Source: an uncultured Dehalococcoidia bacterium (GTDB lineage: Bacteria > Chloroflexota > Dehalococcoidia > SM23-28-2). Taken from it: a stretch of DNA of 27,488 nucleotides. Positions 24,900-27,488 of this stretch are shown here, one piece after another; position 1 is the first letter of the stretch, and each line of letters begins with the position of its first letter. The notes under the pieces were generated by a model. It saw nothing but the letters and a program-made list of their open reading frames with translations, was not told the origin of the DNA and searched no databases. The position numbers and the translations under genes were made by a program. The stretch covers positions 1 to 27,488 of the forward strand of contig CAZSHQ010000001.1 in the NCBI GenBank assembly GCA_964606995.1. The letters are read 5' to 3'.

Positions 24900-25652
24900 T
24901 CAGCGGAAGAGGTCCCTCTCCTCCGGTCGGATGAGCTCCCGCGCTGAGCCTTCGGCCCGCTGGTAGTCGAAGCCCCGCACGATGGCCACCGGCACCCGCG
25001 ACAGCTTTTCCATCACCAGTTCAGCCGCCGCCGCCAGCTCGTCCGCCACGGCCATCGTGCTCACCCGCAGGACGTACCCGTGGGGGTCCGCTTCACCCAC
25101 GTAGTCCTTGATCGGGCTCATGCCCGCCACGCCTATGGCCACGTTGGTGTGACCCTCCCGCCAGGGCCGACCGAAGGTATCGGAGATGATCACCGCCACT
25201 GACACGCCAGCCGCCTCGGCGAGGGCGGCCCGAATCCGCTCCGCCGATTGGTCAGGGTTCTGGGGCAGAAGAGAAACCACGCCGCCGCCCACGTTGGAGG
25301 TGTCGACGCCAGCGTTGGCGCAGACGAAACCGTGCTTGGTCTCGCAGATGATAACGCCCCTCTCCTGGCGGACGATGCGTCGGCTCTCCCGCAGGATCAC
25401 CTCCAGCAGACGCGGGTCCTTGCCCGTCCGAGCGGCCATCTCTTGAGCGCAAGGCGACGGCTCCACCTGGCGCAGGTCCACCAACCGCCCCTCGGCCTTG
25501 GACACGATCTTCTGGGTGACCACCAGCACATCGCCGTCCTCGATGTCCACGCCCTGCCCGCGCGCGGCTTCCAGGATCAGCGCCGCCAGGTCGTCGCCGG
25601 CCCGAACCTCGGGCATGCCAGCGACGCCGATGATCTGCACTTGGAGAGCCAT
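24900..25652 (-). CDS. cofE: coenzyme F420-0:L-glutamate ligase
   Basis: 'GMPEVRAGDDLA', 'DGDVLVVTQKIVSKAEGR', 'ANAGVDTSN', 'ISDTFGRPWREG', 'ADELAAAAELV'. Confidence 0.93.
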   Translation of the reverse strand: MALQVQIIGVAGMPEVRAGDDLAALILEAARGQGVDIEDGDVLVVTQKIVSKAEGRLVDLRQVEPSPCAQEMAARTGKDPRLLEVILRESRRIVRQERGVIICETKHGFVCANAGVDTSNVGGGVVSLLPQNPDQSAERIRAALAEAAGVSVAVIISDTFGRPWREGHTNVAIGVAGMSPIKDYVGEADPHGYVLRVSTMAVADELAAAAELVMEKLSRVPVAIVRGFDYQRAEGSARELIRPEERDLFR

Positions 25653-25667
25653 AGCGTCCGCCTGGCC

Positions 25668-26342
25668 CTAGCCCTTGCGGCGGATAGGGATTCCGGCGAT
25701 CTTGAGGGAGCTGTGGGCCTTGTAGGTCTTGTTGAGGTTCAGAAGAACGACGGTGAACTCCTCCAGGTAGCGGCTGTTGACCAAAGGGCCCCCATCCAGG
25801 GCCCGCACGCGCTCTATCTTCTCGGCCAGGGCCATCACCCGCTCCTTGGCCTCCCGATTGTCAGCGCACACCAGAACATCGGCCTCCACCGGCCGCTCGA
25901 CCCGCATGAGCCTGCTGGCGTCGACGTGATGGAAGGCCGCCACCACCCGCGCCTGGGGCAGAAGCGCCTGGGCCTGCTGGGCGGCTGAGCCCTCCGGCAC
26001 AGCGACGGCGGCTATCTTCCCGCCCTCGAAGGAGAGCGGCGACACCACGTCCACCACCACCTTGGCCCCGATAGCTGGCGCCAATGCCTCCAGCGTGTCT
26101 CTGTGGCCGGCGAAGGGAATGGTAACGAACACGATGTCCCCCCTGCGCACGGCCTCCTGGTTGACCATCCCCGTAGCCCGCGCCTGCGGCACACGGGCCC
26201 TTATCTTCTCCACCGCCTGCTGTGCCCGCTCCGGCGAGCGCGAACCGATGACGATTTCGTGGCCGGCAGCGGCGAAGCGGGCGGCCAGGCCCAGGCCCTC
26301 GGGACCCGTTCCACCGATGAAGGCGAGCACTTCGGCAGGCAT
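25668..26342 (-). CDS. npdG: NADPH-dependent F420 reductase
   Basis: 'IGGTGPEGLGLA.RFA..G....IGSR', 'VVSPL', 'VVAAFHHV', 'LDGGPL.NS'. Confidence 0.92.
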   Translation of the reverse strand: MPAEVLAFIGGTGPEGLGLAARFAAAGHEIVIGSRSPERAQQAVEKIRARVPQARATGMVNQEAVRRGDIVFVTIPFAGHRDTLEALAPAIGAKVVVDVVSPLSFEGGKIAAVAVPEGSAAQQAQALLPQARVVAAFHHVDASRLMRVERPVEADVLVCADNREAKERVMALAEKIERVRALDGGPLVNSRYLEEFTVVLLNLNKTYKAHSSLKIAGIPIRRKG

Positions 26343-26350
26343 GGCGAGCC

Positions 26351-26356
26351 ATTATA
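26351..26356 (-). promoter_or_regulatory. -10 box for a near-leaderless npdG transcript
   Basis: TATAAT on minus, 8 nt before ATG 26342, with no SD. Confidence 0.55.
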
Positions 26357-26374
26357 CTATCAGTCCTAAGCTTG

Positions 26375-26403
26375 TTGCCAGACCCACCGGCAGCTACTAT
26401 GAT
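26375..26403 (+). promoter_or_regulatory. sigma70 promoter for cofG
   Basis: TTGCCA (26375-26380), 17 nt, TATGAT (26398-26403). Confidence 0.65.
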
Positions 26404-26452
26404 CAAGGAAGCCCAAGCCGTCGGGAAGGTGGCGAGGGGCGCTCCGTGCACC

Positions 26453-27488
26453 ATGATGCTCTCTATCCATAGCAGCCCCTCTAGCGATTTCCAGGGAACG
26501 CTAGCCAAGGCGCTCGCCGGCCATGACCTCCTCCCGGAGGACGGGTACCGGCTCATAGACGCCACGGGCAGCAACCTATCGGCCCTGATGCTGACCGCCG
26601 GTCTGGTGCGCGACCGCTACAAGGGGCGAACGGCGACCTACTCTCGCAAGGTGTTCATCCCTCTCACCAACCTCTGCCGCCAGAAGTGTGGCTACTGCAC
26701 CTTCGCCAAGGCCCCCGGCGACCCCCTAGCTCACACCATGGATCCCGACGAGGTCCTGGCTGTAGCTGAGGCCGGCAGCCGGCAGGGCTGCAAGGAGGCC
26801 ATGTTTAGCCTGGGCGAAAAACCCGAGGAGACATACCCCCAGGTAAGAGAGCACCTGGCCCATCTGGGGCATCGCAGCATGGTCTCCTATCTGCGGGCCA
26901 TGTGCGAGCTGGTTCTCGAACAGACAGGCCTCCTGCCCCATGCCAACCCGGGCATCCTCACCCGCGAAGAGCTGGCCGAACTTAGGGAGGTCAACGCCAG
27001 CATGGGCCTCATGCTGGAAAACGTTAGCACTCGCCTTATGGCCCCCGGCGGCCCCCACTGGAAGTGTGCCGGCAAGCTGCCCGCAGCAAGGCTCGACACC
27101 ATCGCCTGCGCCGGCGAGATGAAAGTGCCGTTCACCACCGGACTTCTCATCGGGATCGGCGAGACCCCCCAGGAGCGGGTCGACTCCCTCCTCGCCATCA
27201 AGGAGCTTCACGCCCGCCACGGCCACATCCAGGAGGTCATCATCCAGAACCTGCGGGTCAAGGAGGACACAGCCATGCGCCGCTGGCACGAGCCGTCGCT
27301 GCTGGACATGGTCAGAACCATAGCCGTGGCCCGCCTGATCCTGGCCGGCGATATGAACATCCAGGCGCCCCCCAACCTGGCCCCACAGGCATACCAGCTC
27401 TACCTGCTGGCCGGCATAAACGATTGGGGAGGAGTCTCGCCCGTCACCAGCGACTTCATCAACCCGGAGGCCCCCTGGCCCAGCATCG
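26453..27488 (+). CDS. cofG: FO synthase CofG domain (radical SAM), 3'-truncated at the window edge; may be stand-alone CofG or fused CofGH
   Basis: Open frame from ATG 26453 (absent from the ORF track, as no stop occurs in the window). Contains 'TYSRKVFIPLTNLCRQKCGYCTF', 'PHANPG', 'PFTTGLLIGIGET', 'HIQEVIIQN', 'DWGGVSPVT.DFINPEAPWP'. Confidence 0.9.
   Translation, partial: MMLSIHSSPSSDFQGTLAKALAGHDLLPEDGYRLIDATGSNLSALMLTAGLVRDRYKGRTATYSRKVFIPLTNLCRQKCGYCTFAKAPGDPLAHTMDPDEVLAVAEAGSRQGCKEAMFSLGEKPEETYPQVREHLAHLGHRSMVSYLRAMCELVLEQTGLLPHANPGILTREELAELREVNASMGLMLENVSTRLMAPGGPHWKCAGKLPAARLDTIACAGEMKVPFTTGLLIGIGETPQERVDSLLAIKELHARHGHIQEVIIQNLRVKEDTAMRRWHEPSLLDMVRTIAVARLILAGDMNIQAPPNLAPQAYQLYLLAGINDWGGVSPVTSDFINPEAPWPSI

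Noticed and set aside
1-27488. tRNA/rRNA genes, IS elements, integrases, CRISPR arrays
   Set aside because: I recognised none by eye: no cloverleaf, transposase motifs, terminal inverted repeats or spaced direct-repeat arrays.

Overview
High-GC bacterial window, probably from a monoderm Chloroflexota/Dehalococcoidia-like organism (inferred from the secretin-less Tad locus, F420 genes and protein families). Left arm: a partial FtsX-family ABC permease, DUF4389, a 7-repeat FG-GAP lipoprotein, an AmmeMemoRadiSam-type radical SAM enzyme and a glpK-glcDEF operon. Right arm: a complete Flp/Tad pilus operon (flp, tadE, tadG-vWA, cpaB, cpaE, cpaF, tadB, tadC, xre, DUF192), a divergent prepilin peptidase, and F420 genes (cofE, npdG, partial cofG). 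The most striking part is the regulatory island at about 11.4-15.8 kb. It encodes an ECF sigma factor whose apparent promoter motif (GTAAC-N16/17-CGTCT) occurs upstream of its own gene and twice upstream of flp. Its anti-sigma-like membrane protein carries two copies of a ~65-aa cytoplasmic domain, and a third copy is encoded as a stand-alone mini-gene. There are also two SinR-like XRE paralogs, a SinI-like mini-protein that consists only of their C-terminal domain, and a small secreted Cys-rich protein. Together these suggest a possibly undescribed double-decoy switch controlling Tad pili. All annotations come from reading the sequence by eye; no database searches were run.
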